A stretch of 64,000 bases of DNA from Hydrolagus colliei (GCA_035084275.1 CM068748.1:11966001-12030000), one strand, 5' to 3'. Shown: positions 38,056 to 51,710, counted from the first letter of the stretch. Made by a program: numbers and translations. Notes: generated by a model not told the origin, from the letters alone.

Positions 38056-41000
38056 GATTCCAGTAAGATGGAGTGTGCATCCTTGGATGGTGATTCACGG
38101 AGTGTTTGCTCAGCATCTCTTACCATGCAAATCTTGTTTGGTAGTGTGAGCACTTATCATATGCATAAATCAATGAATCCAGGCATATATCACTAGCTGG
38201 TTTGTCTTGTTTGCTGCAGTTTATCTAAGACAGAATATCAATAACTTGAAGAACTGACAGCAGCAACAGTACCGATTCTGGATACAGAACACATCCATCT
38301 GCTCCCTGGCACCTCCTTATCTCTCCGAACTTCACATATTTTACTCCTCTGCTCAGCTAATTCAGGCTTACTGTGCATCTCCTGCCCTCTCCGGTGGCCA
38401 AGTCTTAAGTTCCTATGCTCCCAACTCTGGAACGCCTTTCCTTCACCACTTTGTCTCACCCCCTTTCAGTTTTTAAATCTCATTTTAAATTATGCCTATG
38501 ACCACTTCCTCACCCCACTGCCTCAGCATCTGACCTCATTCATTGTAAAGAGCACCAGAACATTAACCCCTAAATGAACATCCCTGGATTAGTGCAAGTT
38601 GTTGCACTTATATACTGATATCTGAATGGGGATTTAGATCCTGGCTCCTGCTGCACTGGCATGCCTCTGATTTTGAGGACATAAAATAGTTTATGTAAGC
38701 AAAAATCAGCTCACAGAGATTGGGAAATATGTGTGTGTGTTTGGGGGGGTGGGGAATGGTAAGACGTGTGGTGTATGCATGATGTCTTATTTGCAAGATG
38801 ATAATCTGCCCAATTCTTTATTTAACTGACAGGCTCTTATTCTTAAAGTGAGCAGTTTCACCCCTTGCCTTTGTTAATCCTTGCTGCACTGTCCTACATA
38901 TCAAGAATATGTATCTGGTTACTCAAAATGTGTTTTAAGTTATACAGAAAGCAGACAGTGGCGGGATTGACAATTGGGATCAATGTGATCTACTTAGACA
39001 GTGAGTTTTATTTTTCTCTTTTATAACACAGTAAAAACTAAGAACTTGAAGCCTGTGGAGACAAACATGTATCGCATTATAATGTGGCATTGGCAACCCA
39101 CTAGAATAGGCCCCCATGGAGTCCTACACCAGGCCAGCGCAATGGCCTATTCATCTTTAAAGTTTTTACTCGTCATAAGCACTCACACATGTACTGTACT
39201 TACGTAGAGTAAAAGCAAATGCTGACACACTTGCATGCTGTTATGCAGGCAGAATTTCTACAGTTGTTGACTCTTAGATGTTAATGACTTGCATGATCTT
39301 ATGCAGATGTGTGCCATTTCTCCAAAATCATACCTGCTGTACCTGAGAGGGGCAAATATACTTTGACTGATAATAAAGCTGAGTTTGGCCCAGAGACTCT
39401 GTAAGTTCCACAAGAGTCTCTTTCACAATCTAAAAGTTGCGAATCTCCAATGAGATGAAAAGAAAATGTTCCTTCGAGTTAATGTTTCAAGCTAGTAGGA
39501 ACAGAGATATCTGCTAAACTTCTACTCTACATATTTCTACTCTTGCATCTGTCATTTCCCCTGTCACCAATTCCCCAGTTTAAAAAAAGTACATTTCTGT
39601 ACGAGCACAAGGCAACCCACATAGGAGGCCTTTCATGTTTGATTTGATGCGATACAGGTTTGTGACTGCCCAGCAGTGCTGTAAAATGGAACAGGATTGC
39701 CAAGTTGCCTCGATTATATTGCAATGCAGAATCCATTTACGTCACCAGATCCCAAAATAACCAGACAAATAAACACCAGTTTCTTTGTCTCCAATACAGT
39801 ATGAAATGAAGTGATATTATCTCTTCTGTTACGACTGTTGTGCAGTTTATTCAAATCCTAGTAAAAATGGCCCTTCAAAGTCAGTGAGCTCTTTATTGTG
39901 ACAATGTGAATCAACCTAGAATCCATATATGTTAATCAACGTTGCTATCTTCAGCTTCTCCTTAGACTATAGAGTTTAGGGTTTATCCTGGAGACATGAG
40001 ATTAGACTTGTTTGTGTGAAATGTTATCAAATGGGCTTTTCAGAAATGCTGCATGAAAAAAGAACTCCCATGATATGTAAAGGCACTCCCGAGTGCAGAA
40101 TTAGATTATATATTTGAGAGGAAAGTTGCAGGATTAGACCCGGATTTGTGCTGAATTCGCTCATCTTAACCAGCAATTGTGGTTCTACAATTGTGTTTGG
40201 GGCTGGGGAAAAATAGTTCAGACTCTGAACTCTGACTCTTTAGATTGCTGTGTGAAGACCCTTCCTAGAAAATGAAAATGTGTATAGAGGTTCAGTAAAA
40301 ACAGGATCAGACTAGGCTATGATTCTCCTGCAATCAAATAGTCTCTCAGCAAGACGAACGTTCCTATCTCCAGCTTCTCCTTAGCCTATAGAGTTCAGGG
40401 TTATCAAGGACAACCATTTCAGTACAGTGGCCCTGAATAGAATATATGAGCAGGATTCTTGCCTGTTTCTTTTACTTCAATTGCTGAGTGATTGCAGAGT
40501 TCAATTGTATATCCTCTGTTTTCCTATGATAATCTGAACTAAATTCAGAGCAGAAAACATACCTTTACCTGGTCTGTAGATGCTACCATGATGCTGCATG
40601 TATCCCTGAGTGATTAAGATTCTGTGTATCGAACAGGACAGAAAAGACCCTCACTATTTAAATTGTTATCCTACGCTTTTTGCCATGGTATTTTCTCTGC
40701 AAGCCATGTTCGTGTGCCAGTAAATTATCATTCATGTTGCATTGGCATTGACATCATTTTCAAACTTGATTCTGCTTCAGTCTAGAGGTGCTGATAAATG
40801 ATAATAGGCCCTGGGAAGTAGCAGAGTATTGATAAAACATCACCATTCTCACACTGTGTCACAACAGAAATCTTACAAAATCCAGACCTCTATCTCCCGG
40901 GGAGAGGGATCACTGCCAATATTTGTGCCATTTAAAATTTTTAAAAATATATATTGAATCACAAGAGACACAGGAGAATATAGCATCTTAGTTCCTCCAA

Positions 41001-42684
41001 GACATATACAGTATATTCATATAGGCACTACATGGGAATGCTAATACATGTTAGATCTAAACGTTAGATCCATAGCATTGCAAAACTGACTTCAGAAAGC
41101 AGTTTGTGGCCACACTATTTTAATCTACTGCATATTATTATTTTCACTCCCTTTTAAGGCTAGCTTTGGTTTGCACCTATTCCCCTGTTGAAAGAGTAGT
41201 CAGGCAACCTGCCAAATGTTACTGTGTGACTGGCTCCTTTTATTGCACTGCAGATTCAGCTTCAAGATGTACCGGATGACCCCCACCTCCACCCCTCATC
41301 TGTTTTTCCACCATCTCCCTGTGGGGAGGCTCCCAATTTTCTGTTTGCAGAGCCATCCAAAACATGGCTGAGAATAAAAAATTACAATGTAGGAAACTGA
41401 AGAACAAACTTATGTCCGATTACTCCAGGGGGTAATTTCTCTGGTTGCAGCAAAACCATAGACATTAATTTATGATGAGGAATTGCATGATAAACCCACA
41501 CCGCCAGAGTCCATAAAGTTACAAATAAGTCGAGAATTATAGATATTTTACAATGGCTATCATTTGTTCTCAGCAGACAATTCAGTATGCCATGCAGATC
41601 AGTAAGGTCTTAGGTTCAATCCCTGGTCTATATGTGATTCAGCCTAGACAGGGCAGGAATAGGAGCACTACAATTCAAGAAGGGGCATGTGAATAGTTGC
41701 TGAATTAGGATAGAATTGACCTACATCATGACACATCTCTTATGATCACATCATCTGTTTATTATCTCTCTGCCACATGAAGAATGGCGATTTGGTTGAG
41801 GTAGCAGATTGCCTGCTAGTCCCGTGGAACCATAATATAACCTGACCCAGTGTTTTCGGAGAGAAAAGGAGAATATTTTTTGTGGGGGGTGGATGGGTTA
41901 CTGAGAGAACTGCACAAGGCGTTTCTTCAGTCAGGATATTCTTGAAACAATTGCACGTTTTATATTTTTTTACCTTAGAGCAGAAATGTAACTCTCAAAG
42001 GGTTAAAATAAAAATTTTAAACAGCTCCATCTGCTTCTGAGCACAGAACTGTCCCAGTATCAACATGCTCTGCCTCAGTGGGAGGATTTCAGTTTCCATC
42101 ATTGTGATCCCAACTGAATGTGCTCGCTCAGCAATTTCAGTCACCTCTGACCCTCACTCACCCCCCCCCCCCCCCCCCCCCCCGCCATCCCCCAACAATC
42201 CAGTTCATCCAGTTCACAGGCTGGATGGTGTTAAATTACCAGCCTGCTGCATATGTTCTGCTTCCTTTGAGGCAAGAAGTAATAGGATGCCTGTCCTACC
42301 ACAGCTTCTAAAAACCTTGATATGAATTGCATATTACCTTTATTTACCACAAGCATTTTGTACCCATTGCACTTTTTATAAGCATTTCTCCTCTTCCCTT
42401 CATTTTCTCCCCTATTCTCCTTAGTTATTGACTTGTGATGGGATCTCAAATCAGGTTACTGAGCATAATCCACGACTGTGTGTGGGACACTGCTGTGCAT
42501 GATTAGCTGCCACGTTTCGATCACAAATATACAGTCAATTCACTTTACAGTATAGTCTAGAAGAGGTGAAAAGCGCTATATCAAATGCAAGGATTATTAT
42601 TATAAATGGTTCTGTTTCACACTGAACAATGGCTTTGTTCAACTAAGCAATCATGGCTGTCTCAACCTTTTAATAATAGTCATT

Positions 42685-42975
42685 GAATTTAATATAGAGC
42701 CTTGTCACATTGTCGAGATATCTGAAAATGCTTCACAGGATATATTGGAAATAGGATTGATGTTTTGTGAGCAAAATGCAGCAGGCAGTTGTGCACAACA
42801 TTGTCCTACAAATAGCCAAGGAGTGAGTGACCAATTTTTAAAATTTTGGAGATTATTGGCCAGGACACTGGGAACAGCTCCTCTCTCTTATCAGATTGCG
42901 CCATAGGATCTTTAATATCCAACTCAACAGCATATAAGACCTCAATTTAAAATCTCATCTGAAGGATGAGGCATC
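42685..42975 (-). mobile_element. Deu-domain SINE relic
   Basis: attattggccaggacactgggaa...gccataggatctttaatatcca...aatctcatctgaagga. Confidence 0.72.
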
Positions 42976-44017
42976 GGCTAAGAGCACGTTGAGCACAGTA
43001 TCTTCTTATCAGTCACACCGTGCGTCGCGCAATTCCTCACAGTGAACTCTGCTTTTGAGGTCTCAAGAGCGGTGTAGCCCTACTGCTCTGAGCCTCCCCA
43101 TGATTTTTATTCACGGGGGATAGATGCAGCTGATCGCAGGAATGCCAGCCCTCAACCTCTTTTGGCTGGACTCAGTATGGCAGCAAAGCTGATTTTGGGA
43201 GGTTGATCACCCATTACATGGAGGAGTAGAGAATCTCGAAAATGGATCACCAGGCTCAGGCCAGGCCGGGCTTGCCTGGGTCAGAGAGGTGATCCATCCA
43301 TTTGAATCATGTGGTGATGATACAAGCAATCTGGTCCAGGTTGTCTTTTTGACGATTTGGGGCTTGGATTTAGGGGGAAAGGGATTGCTCATTCACCAAA
43401 CAAAAAAAAGAGGATTCTGAGCTGTACTTTGGGTTTTCTCCGACAAAGAGTTCCTGATTGCAGACGTAACTTCAGGGAAGGTGCAGGGCAGCGGGGATCT
43501 TGCATGTGAGATATCAAAGGGAGAGATAATCTGAGCTGTTTTCAGACTGCTCTTTTTTTATTAAGGTTAGGGTTTAGGGTGAAGGCAAAGGCCTGATAAT
43601 GTATTATGAGGAGCTAAAGGAGTCTTAGAGCCTTGTCAAAAAAAATAAAAACATGTGAATAAGGGAAACAGGGAAGATATAAAAACTATTAATATCGGTT
43701 TACTGAAACCTATCTCAGAGATATTTTACTCTGAACAAAGTAAAATCAGAGTAACCTTTCACTGTTTACACTTGCATTGCAATGTTAATCATCTGCAGGC
43801 TGGTGATAATGGGATATTTACCACAGTTGTTCTGTTTGAGTGAAGAAACTTTACTGCTTCTCTTAAATCTGAACAATATCTTGAAGTCACAACTCCTCAA
43901 GACAGAAACAATTGTAATATTGTATTAAAGTGGGATTTCAATAGGTTGGAAAATAAAAGGAGATATTGTCCTCTCCCAAAATCTGGAGTTGAGTTTTATG
44001 GGATAAAGGGATTAGGA

Positions 44018-44138
44018 GATATGGGGATAAGGCAGGCAGGTGTTGTTAGATTAGAAGATCAACCATGATTTTATTGAATGGCGGGACAGGCTCGAGGGGC
44101 CGAATGGCCTACTGCTCCTTATTCTTATATTCTTATGT
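44018..44138 (+). mobile_element. CR1-type 3' end
   Basis: gatatggggataaggcagg...attgaatggcgggacaggctcgaggggccgaatggcctact with a ttcttat-repeat tail. Confidence 0.8.
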
Positions 44139-44515
44139 AAATGGACCCTTTCTTTTGCATAAAGTGATTTAGCTAAAGGAACCAAGAATGGTCAACTGCT
44201 CACATAACCCAAATGTTTCTTGTGTTTGGTTTGTGAAGTCCTCCTGACATTACAGGAAGTGGCTGCAATCTGTTACTTGCCTCTGCAGCTGCAACCTGAT
44301 TTGCGCAATGAGATATTCTGACTAATGTCAGTGCAATAGACAGGAGCTGGAAGTTGCCTTTTGCGTATGAAGTGTGAATTATTGTCTGCTTTACGGTAAC
44401 TAAGCATTTCAAGTCATTGTTGACTCAGCCTTGTCTGCTCTTAGCTCTTGACACAATCACTATTGTTTGCCTAAATTCTTGGTCGTACTGTATGGGTAAC
44501 ATAACTGATTACAAT

Positions 44516-44760
44516 AACAACAGCAACAAAATTACACTTGTATACCGCCTTTCACGTCGCTATACAAAGACAAAGATGTCCCAAGGCGTTGGACAGTCAA
44601 TGTTTTCAGACCTGAGCCGGGGTTGGGGATAGGGAGGGTGGAGCGAAAGGAGAGGATTTGGGGTGACCGATGGGACTGTCGAAGAGGAGGGACCTCTAGG
44701 GGTATCCTCCTGAAGTGAAAGGTGCTATACAAGTGTAATTTTGTTGCTGTTGTTGTTGTT
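44516..44760. mobile_element. Two L2 3' ends fused in opposite orientation, tails outward
   Basis: 44516-44555 is the near reverse complement of 44715-44754. Confidence 0.8.
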
Positions 44761-45183
44761 TAGCAGTTCTCAGGGTCTGGGCAAATGGGCTCTATATCAT
44801 TCAGTCAATATTATCTCCACTTGTGCATGGGCGATCACTGAAAATTGGTGGCATAAATTATTGGAGTCACCGAGAAATGCTAACATGTTCATAAAATGTG
44901 AGTGAGAGTATCACAGATGTGTATTCTTAATCCAGATACACTCTGTTATGTCTATAGAAACACTATATGTCTATAGTGCTTTTTCATTATATTTATATGT
45001 TTTTACAGAAAATGATTTGCAATGCAGACAAATTGCTTCACATATCATGACTGACGCTTCAAATTTTTGATCCAATGCCAACTTCACTGAAGTTAAAGTT
45101 GGTATCAGTATTTTCTTCCAAACTGTCGTCTGTTTACACATCCTTTGTAAATTCTAAACATTTTGAGAAGTTGATCCTATATT

Positions 45184-45482
45184 GGAGTCCTGTAGCTCAG
45201 TAGTTAGAGCAATCACCTTGGAAGCGAGAGAGCTGGGTTAAATTTCAGGCAGGAAGAAATCTTGGACAAGTTTCCTTACTCCACAAGCCTGATAATAATT
45301 GCTAAAAAAAAAATCCTTTGGTCATTCAATTCACGACTGTTTGTGGTACACTGCTGTGCACAATTGGCTGCCGCGCCCACAAATATACAGTCAATTCACT
45401 TCGCAGTATATTCTGTGAAGCGCTTTAAGACGTCTAGAAGATGTGAAAAGCGCTATTTCAAATGCAAGAATTATTATTATAT
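45184..45482 (+). mobile_element. Full-length tRNA-derived SINE
   Basis: ggagtcctgtagctcagtagttagagc head through (TAT)n tail; an inverted tail copy follows at 45565-45665. Confidence 0.9.
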
Positions 45483-48400
45483 TAAAAGAGGCTATGGAAG
45501 CAAAAGTTGTTTGTTGAACTGTAAAACATATGTACAGTATACAGGTGTAATTTTTTTGTTGTTAATAATAGTAATCCTTGCATTTGATACAGTGCTTTTC
45601 ATGTCTTCTAGATGTCTCAAAGCACTTGACAGAATTTACTGTAAAGTGAATTGACTGTACATATGTTGGTGTATATCCTGAAATTATCCTTTTCAACTCT
45701 AAACCTACATCTTCTGCTGAATTGTATTAGTCTTGAGTTTACGCTTTCAATGCCATTTAGAATGTAATACTGTATGCTGCTTTTTGCTCAGGTAAAACAT
45801 GCAAAGGCTTTCCAAGGGACATGTTGTCTAGAATACAGTACATTGATAGATTTTCGCAATTATGCTTAGGCAGAAATTTCAAACCTGATTGCTCAAGTGC
45901 TGTCTAATTAACATCAGCACAAATTCTCAGTGAATGATCAAGCAGAACGGACCACGTTGACTGCTTTCTTCATACGCTATGGGTTAATCCCATGTCAAAC
46001 AGATAGAGCGATTTGCTGTTTTGCGAAATATGTATGCATACAAGAACAAATTAATCCAGATTTCAAACTAACATGTCAATTATTTCGTAGTAACGTGAAC
46101 TGGAGTGCATCAGAATGCAACCTCCCTATGTGGGAGGTTCAGGGAATATAACACCTATAGATCACTGACAAAGTGTCTGTCACAAATGAGCACTCAGGCC
46201 ATTGATTGAGGGCAGCAGTAATTACAAGTAAGCATAGACATCAGATATCACCTCTATCTAAACTGATCAACTGAACTGATAATCCAGTGACTTTTCCCCC
46301 CCTCTAATTTTCTCTCCTCACCAGAAGGCATTTTCCCTTCATTAGGGTGCAGTTCCACGTTACTGTTTGGTATCTAACCAAAGTGTCTACTTTACATGTG
46401 AGCCCAGAATGAAAACAGCTAACTCAGTACAGACTAGGAATTAAACCTAGGGCTTTTGGGATTTGTGACGATCTTGCTAACTGTGCTTTTTAGATTGGAA
46501 GAGACCTCACTGAGCTGACTATAAACATGAATCTCTGTCTTATGCTTTAAGGAGAGAATCAAGAATTATTATTTCCCATATTGAGCATTTCCCCCCTATC
46601 CACCTGGGGCGCTTTGAGACGCCGTCCGGCATGGATGGTGCTATATAAATTGAAGTTGTTGTTTTTGTTGTTGTCGCCTTCCTCTCAGACTCCACTCAAT
46701 CCATTCCATTTCCTGAGGCAAGGTTCTGCAAAGTCTCTCCCTGTCTACAAGGGTAATAAAGCAAAATGTATTTCATCCAAACCTACTACAACCTACATTA
46801 TTTAACCCTGACAAGCTGCCCTTCAAAGTGTGCTTGATCAGCTATCCTGTCCTCTAGTCTGGTGTAAAACACACTAGAACATATCTTTAAAGCTGTACTA
46901 TCACTTGTTCATGTAAATCTAAGTTAGTTATCTACTGCTATAGCCCACTGCTGCAGTCAATATTTGTACATTGTTAGGGCAGACATTAAAAAAACACCAT
47001 AATGTGATTCTACTAGATTAGAACAATGCCATTTTGTGAAAACAAGACAAACCAATAACCTTGTGATGGTTTTATAATACAAACTGTATGTGTTAGCACT
47101 TGTGGAAATGGTTGATCTTGTTCAATATCTGTGAAAATATATTTTTGAAATTCATCATATCTTCACAAAGGGTTTATGACCTTTAAACATGGTGGTGTGA
47201 CTTAAACATCTTTTATTATTCAGCCATTCAGGATCCAATGCGCAGACGTGACTATTATGACACACTCATGAGAGTGACATACTCATTTTATTGGTAATAC
47301 ATAACAGTACAAACAGGTCAATGGATAACTTGATGTGAACTGAGTGTTACATTAAACTGCAATACGTGAGTCACAATTAGGTGCACAAGAGATACTGTGA
47401 TTGCATCATTTCCTTTGAAAATACTACGCATTAACCTGATGCAATGCTCTTTACCCATTTCCCTGTGTTGAGATAGTGCTTGACATTGCTGTTTACCAGC
47501 TTGGAGGATCCACAAAGTATGTGTCTGTCAATTGAGCCCTACAAATATCCCTTTATTTCAGTACAATATCTACAACTGTGAATGGATGAACATCAACATC
47601 AGCAACAATCAAGTCAGTGCAAACACATCCATTTTAGTATACAGTATTCTCACTAGCATGTATGTGTAATCATTTAAACCTTAGGCCTGAAATAATCCTT
47701 GTCAGACCATTTCTTTTTAAAAATTTATGATCAGCAAGAATTACGGAAATTTCTTAAATTCAATCTTTATTTGGAAAAAAAAAGCAGGTTCAAAATGAAA
47801 TCTGAATTTTTCAGTATTTCTACACAATTCTTAAATTTGAACACAGAATAGTTTGAAGGGCTATGATTTGGTGGAATTTATAACAACAACAAAACTTACA
47901 TTCGTATAGTGCCTTTTACATTGGGAGGACATCCCAAGGTGCTGGAATATTAGGGCATATTGTTCCTGCAGTCCAGATATCCCCCCTTCCACCCTCCCAA
48001 AATGCCAAAATGGATGGCGGAATAACACAGGGATTTGAAAGGATTATGAGTTCCCTTAACGCCTGCTTTTCACAGGCTTTCGCCAATGTTGCTCTGAACT
48101 GGATGACAGCAGATGCACAAGAAAAACTCTGGAACAAATAAATCCCTCATATATTTTGATCTATTTAAGACCAGGACTGCATATGGTGGTGGCGGAGGGG
48201 AACCCAAATCTTTCCTTGCCCTTTTCCGGCAATGCATTTTGGTTGTACAGCATGTCATAAATCTAATAATTCAATAACTGGTGTTTGTAAAGTTAATTTG
48301 GGTCATAGCTGCTGGATTTGTTCTCGCTTGCTCTTGTACTGAACAAGTCTGATCAGAGATCACTGCTGATCACTTGTAGAATATTCTGCTGTAAATTTTC

Positions 48401-51400
48401 TCTGGCTGCCACTTTCCCTGCTGGGGCTGGACAGTTTTAGGGCTGTAGTTATTAGTACAGTACAGTATGCGAGGGTATGTTAATACCCTCGCAAAAGAAC
48501 ACCACGCCATTACAGTAATAACTACTGTACTGTACTAATAAGTACTGTACTGACGCAACTAAAGTGATGAATTGCATCATTCTTTAACCCAGATCCCAAC
48601 CCCCATTCCTCAGCTCTTTTCTGTCTTCCAGCACAGACCGCCTGCCTGCATTGAAATTCACTTTCTGTATGTATACATCCATATATACATGTATATGTCT
48701 ATTAAAAAAACATTTTGAATTTTCTCTTTATTTAATATACAGTTTATATAATATATTCACTATCCCCCTGAAACTGCTCTTAAAAGTACGTGATTTTATG
48801 TATCATTAATGCATAAGATGAAATTGCAGCAACCTAACTGTTCTGCAAAAGTATACTCATTGGAGTATGTTTACTTCGCCTCCATTCTTCAGTATTAAGA
48901 GAGTATGAAGCTGGTGAGATACTGTACAACAGCAAGTGAGAAGGGGGAAGGGTAGGCAGGATGCAAACGAGCAGTAAAATACATGAGTAGACTAGGTTGG
49001 CTCTTTGTTTTGCTGTGAAACTGCTCATAGTTTAATTAATACAAGTGCAGTACTTGTGAAAATGTTAAAAATGGATTGATGCAACTAAAGTCACGTTGCA
49101 GACGTGAATATTGTGCATGGAGGTGGTGGGGGGGGGGGGGGGGGGGGTGAAAAAAAATGAACTTCACGGGTGTAAGTTTCACTTTAACGCATCCAAATCC
49201 AGTACTTTTTTGGCAGAAGTTTGGGGTAGTCAGTTTATGTGGCTTGGTATTTTCCAAAGAGATTTTGATATCTCCCCCCAAAAATGTTTGTTTTACAGGA
49301 TCTGTAAATAATACCCTCGCAAAAGAACACCACGCCATTACAGTCACTCTTTTATTCAGCTGTTTTGCATATCAAAGCAATTACAGTGAGCAGAACAGAC
49401 AGTTCTCAGGTGATCGGCTGTTGTTCAGCACATTGACCTATTTGGCTCTGGGGATTGCGGTTTTATTGCAAACTTTCAAACTGCACTGCAATAGCACTAG
49501 GTCCTAAAGCCATCTCTGTTCAATCTGGATCTCTCTGGTTAAATGTTCCCATTTTGATTGACGTGTACATTTATTTTAAACCACCAGAATATATTATATG
49601 TACGTATTTTAACTATCCCTATAGAACACCTCTGGCTCATTTCTACGTTGCATTTATTTTAATCGGTTACTGTTTGACAGGCCAGTGGTTCTTTCATTCC
49701 AGCTGCTGAAAATTCATTGGAGAATGAATATCCATAACATTTCTTCTCTGGGGGTGGTGGACATCCACTTGCCTGTGATTAGCAAACATATGCAGAACCT
49801 CAGAGGCCCAAAGCACTAAGTAAGCGTCTTCTTGAGGCTGATCCAATCCATTTCAGTGTTATTGTGCCAGGTTTAAGTTTGAAGAATCTTGTCTTGTCTT
49901 CAATGCTCCCCCCCACCCCCACTTCCCTGCCTGTGATATATTTACCATGAAAAAAAACAGCCTAGTAGAGGAATGTGCTCTTGAGCAGATAGATACAGGG
50001 TACGAAAATGATCCTGATCACCAGACAGTACAAGTTCAGCCTCTGAGCCTCCTGTAGCCAAAGATAAACCTGCTTCTACAATCAACAACTCCTGCATCTA
50101 TCTTGTCAAATGCTCCAGAGACCAAAGAAACAGAGAGGTCATGAATTGTGGAAGAAAATATACACCAACAGGGATGTTTATGTAATGCAAACTGACACTT
50201 TTATATCTCTGAAATTATTCAGGATTTTAATGTACCGGTTCTGCATAGACCCAGAGAAATGCTATTTGGCTGAGGTTATAAGTGTGGGGTAGATAAGGTT
50301 TTTATATTAATGTAGACGTGGCATAAAGGCACTAGGACCCAAGCGACAAACTGCTGTTTCTCCTTGAGTTGGTTTATACAGTATGTCTTTAATTTGGAAA
50401 GGGGAAGGGAGTGACAACATACATTTTAAACATATTCATCCCAAGGTTCTCAGGGACAAAGGGACACCACTAGGCAGATTGAACAGTCAACCCGCTTTGA
50501 CTGAATAGGATATAAAAACAATGGCCATGTAAAGTAAATCAGACAACTATCAGCAAAAAAATCAAAAAAACAAAAGAACATTTATAACAGTGGGCGGATG
50601 GACAACTGCATTGTATTTACACAATGCCATAGAATATAGATTTGGTACAAATACAATATTCTACAGCATTATGCAAATTACTATGGTCTTGTCCATTATT
50701 ATAGTGAATAATCTTTTTAATGTGTAAAAATATACATTAGAGCGAACCGGTTAGATTTTAAAGCTACAAAGGACAAATATTTTTTGTTACATATTCATTT
50801 GCTAAACAGTATTAATGTTCCATGTGGTATTCTGGAAAAGGGCTAAATTTATGCAATTATAAATAAACACCTGATCCCAGGCATCTTTACTGTTTCAAAG
50901 TCTTGCTTTAGTTTATAAATCTCCAGAACAGATTCGACATCTCGATTTGTTGGCTATTACTGTTTATAAACAGTTTGAACATAAGGGTTTTTACACTTTG
51001 GGGCCCTGGCCCGCTTTGTTGCAATAAAATCGTTTTGTTGCCGAATATCTTTGGGACAATGGATTTCTCTGAACTCAAAAGATTTAAGTTTGATGCGGAT
51101 ATTAAGCCTCTTTGCCCGTTTAAACATCTGATCCCAACTGCAAAGCCTCTTAGTTTGGGTTTAAGATAGACATTTGAGCTTCGGGTTCCTTTTCCCTTAA
51201 TTAATTGGCGAAAAACAAAATTGCTAACAGAAAACTCTCCAGGCTTTGTTTATAAAAATTACAACAGTTGCAACCCCCCCCCCCACACCTCCCCCCTCTT
51301 TTTTTTAAAAAAGCACACATTGTATTTGTGAAATTAATATTTTGTGGGTTGAGTTTTAACAAAACCTACATCTGAAAGCTGCAAATGAAACTTCTCCTTT

Positions 51401-51710
51401 GCTCTCTCTCCCTCCCCCCCCATCCCCCCTCCACACAGATCAATCTGACACAAACAACCACAGATGATGTTTTAATAATCAACCACAAACACTGAGCAGT
51501 AAATGCACAGACTACATTGTGTGCCATTGGTGAGTTGAGACTCATGTGAGTTGGGACTTGATGATCTGCCAGAGAGAGTGAGAGAGAGAGAGGCCTCGAG
51601 TTTCCTGTGTTGGCGATGTGCCAGAGAACATTTCACTGACTCTCAAACCACATACCCCGTCCCCCGACCTCTCTCTCCCCCAGCCTGACTATCTGCAGCT
51701 CTGGCTGTGA

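Noticed and set aside
43314-43420. C/D-box snoRNA (gtgatga...ctga)
   Set aside because: No convincing terminal stem or guide sequence, and no host intron identified.
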